64,000 bases of DNA from Oligoflexia bacterium (lineage in GTDB: Bacteria > Bdellovibrionota > UBA1018): contig CAIZRG010000008.1 of the NCBI GenBank assembly GCA_903935335.1, forward strand, positions 23,466 to 87,465. Direction: 5' to 3'. Under the pieces are notes generated by a model. The model was not told the DNA's origin. It was given only the letters and a program-made list of their open reading frames with translations, and searched no databases. This document shows, piece by piece, positions 52,468 to 62,200 of the stretch. The number at the start of each line of letters is the position of its first letter. The stretch's first letter is position 1. A program made the translations under genes and the position numbers.

Positions 52468-53514
52468 ATGAAAAATCTTCAATCTTCTTTATTCTCTTTT
52501 TTTATATTTTCTCTCTCTTCTTCATTTTCTCAAAATACCTTAGCTGCCTGCGAGAAGGAAAAAAATGATTTTCTCGATGCAGACTCCAAGTGCAAAGCTT
52601 TTTATCAATCAAGCAATCTTGAAACTGAATGTTCTTTCTTCAGTATTTTAAGTTTTTTTAAACACATGCCTCCCGCACTCTCCATCCAGACTGCTAGTTC
52701 AAATGCTTGCAAGAAGAGGGATCAGAGGAAAAAAAAATTTTTGGAATGTGAACAAAAATATCTCAGCCAAGAACAAGAAAATTTGACTCAGCTCTCTCTT
52801 TCTTCCTTTGAAAATAAGCAACCTCCACAAGATCAAATCCAGCAATTCGCTCAAAAAACAAAAAAAACAAGATTCAAAGTAAGATTCAAAGAAAACGAGA
52901 TAGAAAAGCAGATCAATAAAACCTTAGAAAAAGTTCATGATCACCTCTCCCTGACTTCTTCCTCTATTTCTTCTACCTTAAAGCAAGAAATCGATGAAAT
53001 TCAAAACCTGAATAAAAAAATAATGCTTCTAACTCGCAACAGAGCTCATCCAATCACTCTTTATTTTCTTTATGATTTTGTACAAAACACTGCCTATTCT
53101 CTTCTTGATTTGACCTCAACTCTTAAATCAAGATCTAAGTATGAAGAACTCTCCCAGTCAGAGGTTCTAAAAAAGGTCTATCATCATCCAAAATTTATCA
53201 GGACTCTTTCTCATCACTTATTGTCTATTTTCAAAAAACGATGTCAAACTGAATGCACTAATTGCCGTGGATTGATGCAACAAATCTCGGGTGCTATCTA
53301 TCAGTTTAATGTCATGTCCTTGCATAAGACTGAACCTGAAATGGACATAGCTCTTGGCCAGTTAGGAACTGATTTTATTTTAGCACTGAGAGCAGCAGAA
53401 GACCTGCCTGAGGCTCGACTCATTCTGGAAGAAATATCCGAAATCTTAGAGCACAGCCAAGCCAATCAAGCTTTAGGTCATCAGCTCTACCAGGAAATGA
53501 ATCATCATGAATGA
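52468..53514 (+). CDS. Hypothetical secreted Cys-containing protein
   Basis: Signal-like N-terminus SLFSFFIFSLSSSFSQNTLAA. 348 aa with no recognised motif. Its stop overlaps the mutS start by 8 nt. Confidence 0.55.
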   Translation: MKNLQSSLFSFFIFSLSSSFSQNTLAACEKEKNDFLDADSKCKAFYQSSNLETECSFFSILSFFKHMPPALSIQTASSNACKKRDQRKKKFLECEQKYLSQEQENLTQLSLSSFENKQPPQDQIQQFAQKTKKTRFKVRFKENEIEKQINKTLEKVHDHLSLTSSSISSTLKQEIDEIQNLNKKIMLLTRNRAHPITLYFLYDFVQNTAYSLLDLTSTLKSRSKYEELSQSEVLKKVYHHPKFIRTLSHHLLSIFKKRCQTECTNCRGLMQQISGAIYQFNVMSLHKTEPEMDIALGQLGTDFILALRAAEDLPEARLILEEISEILEHSQANQALGHQLYQEMNHHE

Positions 53515-56152
53515 CTCCACTCCACTCATGAAGCAGTACCAGGAACTGAAAGCCCAGGTTCCCGATGCTCTTCTTTTTTTTAGAATGGGAGACTTTTATG
53601 AACTTTTTGGAGAAGATGCGGTCACTGCTTCTGAGATTTTAGAGATTACTCTAACGAGTCGGGATAGAAGCAAGCCTAACCCCATCCCCATGGCAGGGGT
53701 TCCTCACCATAGCTCGCAAGGATATATCCAAAAGTTGCTCAACTCTGGCAAAAAAGTAGCCATTGGAGAACAAATGGAAGACCCTGATATGGTTAAGGGT
53801 TCGGGTAAAATCGTGAGGCGAGAGATCGTCAGGATCTTAACTCCGGCCGTTCAATTTGATTCAGAAGGCTCTGAGGCCAACTACTTAGCCACTCTGACTG
53901 CAGCTTCAGGAGGACTCTGGGTTTTAACATGTTTAGAACCTTCTACGGGAGAAACCCTGATCAGCCGTCCACTCGGAATTCAAGCACTTGCCTGTGAGTT
54001 TCAAAGGCTTTCCATTCGTCACTACCTACACTGGGATCTAGGGATTTTGCTTTCAGATCTTTCTCTCCCAGACAATCTCCTCACTGAAACTCTACCTAAA
54101 AACTATCTTTCCCTAGAACGAGCCGCTCAAATTTTAAAAAACCATTATGAGATCGAAAGCCTGGAAGCTTTCTTTGAGTCAGAAGCAAGCATCTTAGGTC
54201 TAGGAACCTTAGTCACGTATGTACTCAGAACTCAGCAACAAGAAAAAATTGCTCACCTCAGACTTCCAGAGCCCCTTCAAAAGCCAAAAGCCTTGATTTT
54301 AGGACCCAGCACAGCCCAACATCTGGATCTTCAAGACTTATTTAAACTCATCCATCATACTCGCTCCACCTTAGGAAACCGACAACTCAAGCGCTGGATG
54401 TGGGCTCCTCTGAACACTCCGGCTGAGATTTTAGAGCGCCAAATGGCAGTCCAAGAAGTTCAATCCCAGTGGGCCTTTTTAGGTGAAAAAATCAGTCATT
54501 CTCTCGCTCAAATCTACGATCTTGAAAGAATTTGTGGGAGAGTCAATACTCAATTAGCCAATCCTCGAGATACATGGGCACTCGGTCAATCCCTTTCTTT
54601 TCTTCCAAATTTTAAACAAATTTTATCTAAATTCAGCTCACCCCTTTGGGTCAACTTAAACAGGAGTCTTGAATCTTTATCGGAATCTTTAGATCCCTTA
54701 ATTCAAAAAATCATAACCACCCAAAAGGAAGATCCTCCTCTTGTTTCTCGAGAAGGCGGGATCTTTAAATTAGGAACCCACCCTGAATTAGACCGACTTT
54801 TATCCCTAACAGACCATGGCCAAAAGTGGCTTTTAGAGCTCGAAGCACGAGAGAGAGAGCTCACTCAGATCCCATCCCTTAAGGTGAGATACAATCGCGT
54901 TTTTGGGTATTATATTGAGGTGACTCAGACCCATCTCAAAAATGTTCCAGCCCATTATCAACGAAAGCAAACGATGGTTGGAGCGGAACGCTTTTTTACA
55001 GAAGAACTCAAAAAATTTGAAGAAGAAATTCTAACTGCTTCCATGAAACAAAAAACTTGGGAGCAGGATCTTTTTTTAAAACTCCTGACAGAGATTCAAT
55101 TGCAAACTTCAGCGATTATGCAAGCAGCTCGAGTTCTAGGAGAGATTGATGCACTAGTTTCTCTGGCAAAATTGGGATTACAACCTGGATGGACTTATCC
55201 TTCGATTGATGACTCCCTCGATCTTGAAATTCATCAAGGGCGACACCCTGTGATTGATTCAGTCCAGCGAGGAAAGTTTGTTCCAAATGACATGACTCTT
55301 TCCCCAACAACACGACTGACTCTTTTAATCACCGGACCCAATATGGGGGGTAAATCCACAGTCATGAGACAAACCGCTTTAATCATAATCCTAGGGCAAA
55401 TGGGAGCTCCAGTTCCAGCCAAGAAGGCTCGATGGGGAGCGGTTTCCTCCTTGTTTACTCGAATTGGAGCACAAGATGCCATAGCTCGGGGTCAAAGCAC
55501 GTTCATGGTTGAAATGAGTGAGCTTGCTCATATTTTGCATCATTCCAATGAAAAGTCTCTGATTATTCTAGATGAAATCGGTCGAGGCACCAGCACTTAC
55601 GATGGAGTCAGTGTTGCCTGGGCCACTCTTGAGTGGATTTGTCAAAAGATTCAAGCCAGGACTCTTTTTGCAACTCATTATCATGAGCTCATCCCCTTGT
55701 CTCAAACTCTACCGCTACTCGCCAATGCACATCTTGCGGTAGAAGGGACAAAAGCTTCCCAAAGAGAAACACTTCGATTCTTGTATGAACTCAAAGAAGG
55801 TCCTACGAATGAAAGCTTTGGGATCCATGTAGCCCAATTAGCTGGATTACCTAAGTCTGTGATTAGGAGGGCTTGGGAAGTTCTTTCTGAGTTAGAAGCG
55901 CATGCTCACACTTCCCATGGGACTTCTGATAAAGACCAACTGTCTCTGTTTCACAAAAATCCTGAACCTATTTTAGAGCCTGAAGATCTAAAAATCTCTG
56001 AGCATCTTCCTGCTTTACGGCCTGAGATTGAAAAACTTCTACAAGAACTCAAAAATGCACCTTTCAACGAAATGACCCCTATCCAGGCTTTAAACTTCCT
56101 GTCTCATCTCCAAAAAACTTGCCCATCTCTAGAAAATGAAAGAGAAAACTAA
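53507..56152 (+). CDS. mutS: DNA mismatch repair protein MutS
   Basis: N-terminal MGDFYELFGEDA, Walker A GPNMGGKST, and ILDEIGRGTSTYDG. Confidence 0.95.
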   Translation: MNDSTPLMKQYQELKAQVPDALLFFRMGDFYELFGEDAVTASEILEITLTSRDRSKPNPIPMAGVPHHSSQGYIQKLLNSGKKVAIGEQMEDPDMVKGSGKIVRREIVRILTPAVQFDSEGSEANYLATLTAASGGLWVLTCLEPSTGETLISRPLGIQALACEFQRLSIRHYLHWDLGILLSDLSLPDNLLTETLPKNYLSLERAAQILKNHYEIESLEAFFESEASILGLGTLVTYVLRTQQQEKIAHLRLPEPLQKPKALILGPSTAQHLDLQDLFKLIHHTRSTLGNRQLKRWMWAPLNTPAEILERQMAVQEVQSQWAFLGEKISHSLAQIYDLERICGRVNTQLANPRDTWALGQSLSFLPNFKQILSKFSSPLWVNLNRSLESLSESLDPLIQKIITTQKEDPPLVSREGGIFKLGTHPELDRLLSLTDHGQKWLLELEARERELTQIPSLKVRYNRVFGYYIEVTQTHLKNVPAHYQRKQTMVGAERFFTEELKKFEEEILTASMKQKTWEQDLFLKLLTEIQLQTSAIMQAARVLGEIDALVSLAKLGLQPGWTYPSIDDSLDLEIHQGRHPVIDSVQRGKFVPNDMTLSPTTRLTLLITGPNMGGKSTVMRQTALIIILGQMGAPVPAKKARWGAVSSLFTRIGAQDAIARGQSTFMVEMSELAHILHHSNEKSLIILDEIGRGTSTYDGVSVAWATLEWICQKIQARTLFATHYHELIPLSQTLPLLANAHLAVEGTKASQRETLRFLYELKEGPTNESFGIHVAQLAGLPKSVIRRAWEVLSELEAHAHTSHGTSDKDQLSLFHKNPEPILEPEDLKISEHLPALRPEIEKLLQELKNAPFNEMTPIQALNFLSHLQKTCPSLENEREN

Positions 56153-57222
56153 AGAGAAGGTTCAAGAATCTGCTGAACTGCCTGAAGGGTTTTTCGCACT
56201 GCTGAACCGACTGGCACTTCAGGGTCTTCAAGACAAACCCACCTTCTTGAGTCCACACCTCGAGCGAGCCTCAAAAGGGGGGTGTTCAGCCTCCAGACCT
56301 GTGTTTTTCGGTCAATCTTGTGGCGAGTCACGATATGCCGAGTATGAACCTGTCCCTGGTAAACAGGCTGTAAATTAACGTCGATCTGAGAGGGTTCAAC
56401 CTCTAAAAGATCCCAAAGACCTGCTCGCCATTGACCTTTCTGTCTTTTCTGAAGCAAAACCTTTCCGGAGGAGCTCACCAGGCAATGAAGTGTTTCTTTG
56501 ACTTGAAGCCATTTTTTAGGACTTTTCTTAGGAGGATACGCTTCTGGATCTCCTTTTTGATAGGCTCGACACACTGATTTTAAAGGGCAATTTAGGCACT
56601 GAGGCTTTTTAGGAGTACACAAAGTAGCTCCAAGCTCCATTAAAGCCTGATTTAAAACTCGGGGCTGGATCTGATGAAGTTGGGCTTGACGAACGAAAAT
56701 ATCAGAAAGCTTCCAGAGGCGTGATTTGAAAGCAGTGTCACCCTTTTGACGGGAACATCTCCTGACTCGAGAAAGAACTCTTTCCACATTCCCATCTAAA
56801 ATAGGTTCAACTTGATTGAATGCAATGGAGAGAATAGCTCCAGCTGTATAAGGTCCAACACCCGGAACCCCTAACCACCCCTCCCGAGTCCTAGGCAGAG
56901 TAGCTAAAACCATTTTCTGAGCTGCTCGATGAAGATTTCTTGCTCTGGAATAATACCCTAACCCTGCCCAAAGTTTCAGGACTTCTTCCTCCTCTGCTTG
57001 AGCCAGGTCATCTAACCTAGGAAATTGCTTTATAAAACGCTCAAAATAAGGAATCACTGTGGCCACTTGTGTTTGTTGGAGCATGATTTCTGACACCCAA
57101 ACTCGATAGGGACTGGGTTGAGAACGCCAGGGTAAAATCCTCTGGTTTTTAAAAAACCAAGCTTGAAGGCGTTGAAGCGAAATTAAAAATTGACCTGAAA
57201 ATTTGCTCGAAAATTTGCTCAT
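56149..57222 (-). CDS. mutY: A/G-specific adenine DNA glycosylase MutY
   Basis: HhH-GPD region (LPGVGPYTAGAI), 4Fe-4S loop CTPKKPQCLNCPLKSVC and a C-terminal NUDIX-like domain. Convergent with mutS, with a 4-nt overlap. Confidence 0.9.
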   Translation of the reverse strand: MSKFSSKFSGQFLISLQRLQAWFFKNQRILPWRSQPSPYRVWVSEIMLQQTQVATVIPYFERFIKQFPRLDDLAQAEEEEVLKLWAGLGYYSRARNLHRAAQKMVLATLPRTREGWLGVPGVGPYTAGAILSIAFNQVEPILDGNVERVLSRVRRCSRQKGDTAFKSRLWKLSDIFVRQAQLHQIQPRVLNQALMELGATLCTPKKPQCLNCPLKSVCRAYQKGDPEAYPPKKSPKKWLQVKETLHCLVSSSGKVLLQKRQKGQWRAGLWDLLEVEPSQIDVNLQPVYQGQVHTRHIVTRHKIDRKTQVWRLNTPLLRLARGVDSRRWVCLEDPEVPVGSAVRKTLQAVQQILEPSL

Positions 57223-57280
57223 GATGGATTCATCCGTTAAACTAGAAAGAGATCAAACCCACAACTAAAAAGGGGAGTGA

Positions 57281-58114
57281 GTGGCATTCCTAAGGTCTGG
57301 ATCCTGGGTTATTTTCTTCTTAGCTCTTACGGGGGAAGCTCAAGCATTTCGAGTTGTGATTGACCCTGGCCATGGAGGCATAAACTCTGGAACTTCTTAT
57401 TTGGGTCCACAGGGACGTCTTCTTGAAAAGGATCTGACTCTCAAGCTTTCTCGTCAAGTAGCCTACCAGCTCCGTAGCCAGGGATTTCAAGTTCACCTGA
57501 CCCGCACGACTGATCAAGATGTGCCACTGGCTGAGCGAACCGCTTTTGCAAACCGATTAAAAGCTGATGTATTTTTATCCCTTCACTTAAACTCCGCTCC
57601 AACGGATCACCCGACTGAGGCAGGAGGGGTAGAAACTTTTATCTTAAATAACGCAACTGATGCTTCCTCTCGAAGGCTTGCTGAGCTTGAAAACACTTTG
57701 ATTTCAGAAAATCCAGATCCTTCTCCCGAACAAGCAGACGTAGCACTCATCTTAAAGGATCTGAGGTTAGATGCTAACTTAACTCAAAGTAAGAGCCTAG
57801 CCTGCCTCGTTCAAAATGCTTTAGTGAGCCACTCTCCTCGTCATTTTCCATTAAGAAAAAACCGAGGAGTCAAGCAAGCCCTCTTTCATGTCCTCTTAGG
57901 AGCTGACATGCCAAGCATCTTAGTCGAAGTGGGCTTTTTAAGCCATGCCTCTGACCGAACCTATCTCTTATCCCCCAAGGGACAAAACGCAATAAGCCGA
58001 GCTATTGCTCAAGCTGTCCAACTTTACAAAACATATCAAGAAAGCCCAAACCCAAGAACTCATCAGAGAGCTTTTTCCCGCGCTTTAAAAATCAACAACT
58101 GTAAAATAAATTAA
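57281..58114 (+). CDS. N-acetylmuramoyl-L-alanine amidase (Amidase_3 family)
   Basis: VVIDPGHGG, FLSLHLNS and ILVEVGFLSH motifs with a signal peptide. GTG start preceded by AAAGGGGAG. Confidence 0.85.
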   Translation: MAFLRSGSWVIFFLALTGEAQAFRVVIDPGHGGINSGTSYLGPQGRLLEKDLTLKLSRQVAYQLRSQGFQVHLTRTTDQDVPLAERTAFANRLKADVFLSLHLNSAPTDHPTEAGGVETFILNNATDASSRRLAELENTLISENPDPSPEQADVALILKDLRLDANLTQSKSLACLVQNALVSHSPRHFPLRKNRGVKQALFHVLLGADMPSILVEVGFLSHASDRTYLLSPKGQNAISRAIAQAVQLYKTYQESPNPRTHQRAFSRALKINNCKIN

Positions 58115-58299
58115 CATATTTTACTTATTTTTTAACTTTCATTGATTTTTATTTTTTTATTTAAAAAAAAACTTATTTTTAATAAATACAATCATTTTAG
58201 ATCATTACCTCTATTCCAAAAATGAATTCAGAAATTTTGACAACCCTATGGCATCGGAGTTGCTTTTGGGCCCATCTGAGAAAGACGGAGGGTTAGATT

Positions 58300-58965
58300 A
58301 TGAATTTCTCAAGATTTAAAAGCAAAGTGATTTCAGTTCCATTTTTTATTTTTTCATTATTTTTTTCTGGTTGTGGCTCTAGTCAAACGAATCCAGCTAT
58401 ACTTTATGCGCTTCCTTCTGGATCTACAGGAGGAGTAGGAGGCGTCTATAAAAGTTGCATACCACTTAATGAACCCATTAGTTTTAGTGCAACTGGAATA
58501 TATTATGATAATGACGATATTTTAGCAGGAAGCATCCCCAACATTTATTCATCACCTGAGCGCAAAGGTCAGGCTGGAAATCAGTTCGGAGCAGTCAATC
58601 TCATCTCAGGAGCCACTGGGGGAGCGTACACTAGGCGTTCTGCCGGAGGTACGCTGAGCATGAACATTTCACTAGGTGCAGGCACCAGCAGCTTGGGTTC
58701 TACTGCAGCAAGGGCAACAGGGATTATTACGTTATCCTACACTAAGCTTCAAAGTACCCTAGGAACACTAGACTACACAACGACTCATACCCTTCCTTGT
58801 GCTATTGGAGCAGCAATCAGCTTAACTCATATCGGCACACAACTCAATAGTGGAGGAATCGTTTACATTTTTACTAACAGTCCTCAATCTAACACATATA
58901 ATGATGGAATTTTTTATCCATTTTATATAGCACCAACCATACACGGAACTTATTTTGAATTATAA
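58300..58965 (+). CDS. Hypothetical lipoprotein (Gly/Ser/Thr-rich)
   Basis: N-terminus FFIFSLFFSGCGSS is lipobox-like, with GGAG upstream. No known motif. Confidence 0.55.
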   Translation: MNFSRFKSKVISVPFFIFSLFFSGCGSSQTNPAILYALPSGSTGGVGGVYKSCIPLNEPISFSATGIYYDNDDILAGSIPNIYSSPERKGQAGNQFGAVNLISGATGGAYTRRSAGGTLSMNISLGAGTSSLGSTAARATGIITLSYTKLQSTLGTLDYTTTHTLPCAIGAAISLTHIGTQLNSGGIVYIFTNSPQSNTYNDGIFYPFYIAPTIHGTYFEL

Positions 58966-59004
58966 AAATTAAACTCCGAACCTTCTCCTCTTCTGCCCCC
59001 AACT

Positions 59005-59050
59005 CCCGCCTTCATCAGCCCTTTAACCTCCCTCAGCTGATGAAGGCGGG
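59005..59050 (+). terminator. Strong hairpin: 15-bp perfect arms cccgccttcatcagc / gctgatgaaggcggg with 16-nt loop
   Basis: Read directly, 40 nt after the stop at 58965. It is followed by attcgttt, a weak U-tract. Confidence 0.55.
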
Positions 59051-59260
59051 ATTCGTTTAAGACACACCCATCTAACTTTTTTATTTTAATCATTTTTTAC
59101 TATCCTAATTTAAATTAATAAATACATACATAGTTGATATAAATAGTCTATAATTAAAGTATTATTAAGACTTCTTAAGAATGTTCTCAAAACAAAATAG
59201 CTTCATAAGCAGTAGCAGAGAATTCATCTTGCTTACTTTGAAAAAAGCAAGAGGTGAAAT

Positions 59261-62200
59261 ATGAAAATAGAAATGAAAAGTGATTTTAAAAAAGCATTCA
59301 TTCAAACGCATTTTTTCGTCTGGCCGGTCTGGTTCATTCTCTTTTCAATGATACAGCAAGGGTGTCTTCCTCAAGACATTGCTCAACCTATAAACCCATC
59401 TTCCCTCATTACAGGACCCCAAATCAACTTCGCTGGATTTAATGGGGTCACCTCGGCTCAAACTCTAGGGGCAAACAAAGTTAAGCTCACATGGGATATA
59501 TCAAGCGACCCCCAAGTATTTGCGTATAATATTTATGACGCGTCCCTTTTTTTCGCTCCGAAACTCATCAAATCTGTCACTGCACCCATTGACTCAGTCA
59601 CTTTAACAGGATTGGTTTCACAAAATTTTTATTCGTTTAGAGTTCGAGCCGCTACAGCTAACAATAAAGAAGATACGAACCTCGTAGATCTTCCAGCTAT
59701 TCCTTATGGTGGAGCCATTTCAGCAACGATTCTTTCAAGCTCTTCTGCTTCCATTACTTTTAATGATGTAAGTAACACTGATCAAGCTCTGATCTACTGT
59801 AGACCAAGCTCATCTTCTGACTTTAGCTTAATGAGAATCATAAACGATGTCACTCAAACTCAAGCCAATGTGACTGGACTCACCTCAGGAACGACTTACG
59901 CTTGTAAAGTCAATGTAGCTGTAGGTAAAGTTCTTGACAATAATGACATTGAAATTTCCTTTACCCCAATTGGTGCTGCCACTCATCTCGTTTTTTCTAC
60001 TCAGCCCTCAGGAGGAGCTGTTGGAGCAGCCTTTAGTACTCAACCCGTCGTTACCATTTTAGATGCAAACAATAACGTGGTCTCAGCGGGTCCCGACGCA
60101 GCTGCTCCGATCTCTCTCACACTCTCTCAAAACTCTCCAACTCAGGGAACACCTCGGGGACTAGGAAGTACAGGTACGGTAACACTCAATGCTGTGAAAG
60201 GCGTTGCAAGTTTTACAACAATCAATATGCAAGAAGTAGGAATGAAGATCTTAACTGCTACTAAACCCGATAGTTCTGCCCAATCCTACGGCTCAGCCAC
60301 CATGAGTGTCAACTCCACTCCTTTTAGTATCACCCCAGGATCGATTTCAGCAACCGCTTCCACAATTGTTGCTACTGTGGTTGATGCTTCTGGCAACTCT
60401 GCTCCTGCATCCAGTCTACCTGCAGATGGATCAGCATCTTATACCATTACTATTAAACTAGCCGATGATTTTGGTAACGCAATTTCAGGCATTAAACCCG
60501 CTTTTGCCTCTTCTAACCCTGCAGACACTTTAGTTCAACCTGCTTTAAATACGGATACTACGGGTATAGCTGTTGGATCTATTTCAAGCACTTCGGCTGG
60601 AATCTCTACCTTGCGAGTAAGCTCTCCGGCAGGACTGACCAATGTAACCACCCACGTGACTTTTGCAGCAGGGACTCCCACCAAAGTTGTTTTTCAAACT
60701 CAACCTACCACTTCTGCTTCTGGAGCAAACAATTTGAGCATCATGAGAGTTGCCATTCAAGATACCCAGGGCAATGTCGTCACCAGCTCAACAGCTAATG
60801 TGACTTTGAGTATTTCTGCTAATCCCGGAGGAGGCACTCTTTCGGGAACTGCAACAGTAGCCGCAGTGAACGGAGTCGCTACTTTTACTGGCTTAGGCAT
60901 TGATCGGATTGGAAACGGATATAAAGTCACAGCCAATAGCGCAGGACTGGTCTACGCATCGAGCAATTCTTTTAACGTGACATCGGGATTTCCCCAGAAA
61001 ATTGCGATTATAGCCCCTACCCATTTTACATCCACTCTTGGAACCACCCAAATTCCCTGTAGTAGTGGTACAGCCATTCGATTTCAACTCCAAGATAACG
61101 GAGGAAACGCAGCCAATGCCCTCTCCCCTGGAGTTACTGTCAATCTAACCGGTTTAGGAAGTGCTCAGCTTTTTGCAGGAAGCTCCTGCTCAGGAAATCC
61201 TGTAGGATCACCCAGCTCTACTGCAAATCCCACCCTTACCTTTACAACGGGATCTAGTTTTAAAGATTATTTTATTAAAGACACCAAGGCTGAAACTCTG
61301 ACTTTGAATGCAACTGATACAGCTTCTGTTTTAAGACCGATCACCCAAAATGTTACTATTGAAGCAAATCAAATCGGAATTACGATCCCTTCTTATATTG
61401 CTTCTGGAGCTTGCACTCCTTTTTCGATTGGAACTGCTGGAGCCGATCGCACACCCGGACCCGTAGCAAGCCCAATCCCAGTCCAAATCACTGGATTAGG
61501 AGGATCGGATGCAGCTGTCTATTCAAACTCGACTTGTACAACGGCTTTGGATTATACTAATATTTTATATCCCTCTTTAACAAACTCCCTTTCACTCTAT
61601 TTTAAAGCACCTACTGCTCCGGCTTCCAATTTTAGCATGAACGTTGCTGATTTAGGATCCTTGCTTCAAGCACTGAATGCACCTCAGTCTGTTACAATTG
61701 GTCCTGCAAGCTTTGTCATCACAGGCAATGCAACCATGGTCTCAGGAGTTCCTACACGATATATAGCTACCCTAAAAGACGCTAATGGCAACTCGGTCAA
61801 TGCATCTAAAGACATTGCCTTAAGCGTTGCTATCACCGGAGGACCCAATGCTTACATGTCTGCCTCGGGAGCTTCTGCAGTGCATAAAACAAGTTTCACG
61901 ATACCCACTGGATCATCCAATATTTCTATGTACCTCAATGATATCTCTGCAGAAGCGCTCAGCTTCACTGTTTCTGACTCAAGTAGCAGCAATATTGTTT
62001 CTTCTACCATGAGCGTGAATGTCCTCCCCTCAGCTCTTTCTATCACTAGTAGTTCAATTTCTGGTCAAACGAATCAATGCGCTGGACCTTTTACAGTCCA
62101 AACCATCGACGGAAATAGCCAAGTCAATCCCGTGTATTCTCAATTGCCCATTAACTTAAGTGGGACTGTCAACACTGGAACTTTTACTGGCAGTTTCTAC

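Noticed and set aside
52368-52568. 66-aa track ORF overlapping the start of the 52468 gene
   Set aside because: It lies in a different frame in an AT-rich promoter region and gives a hydrophobic low-complexity product. It is superseded by the 348-aa ORF.
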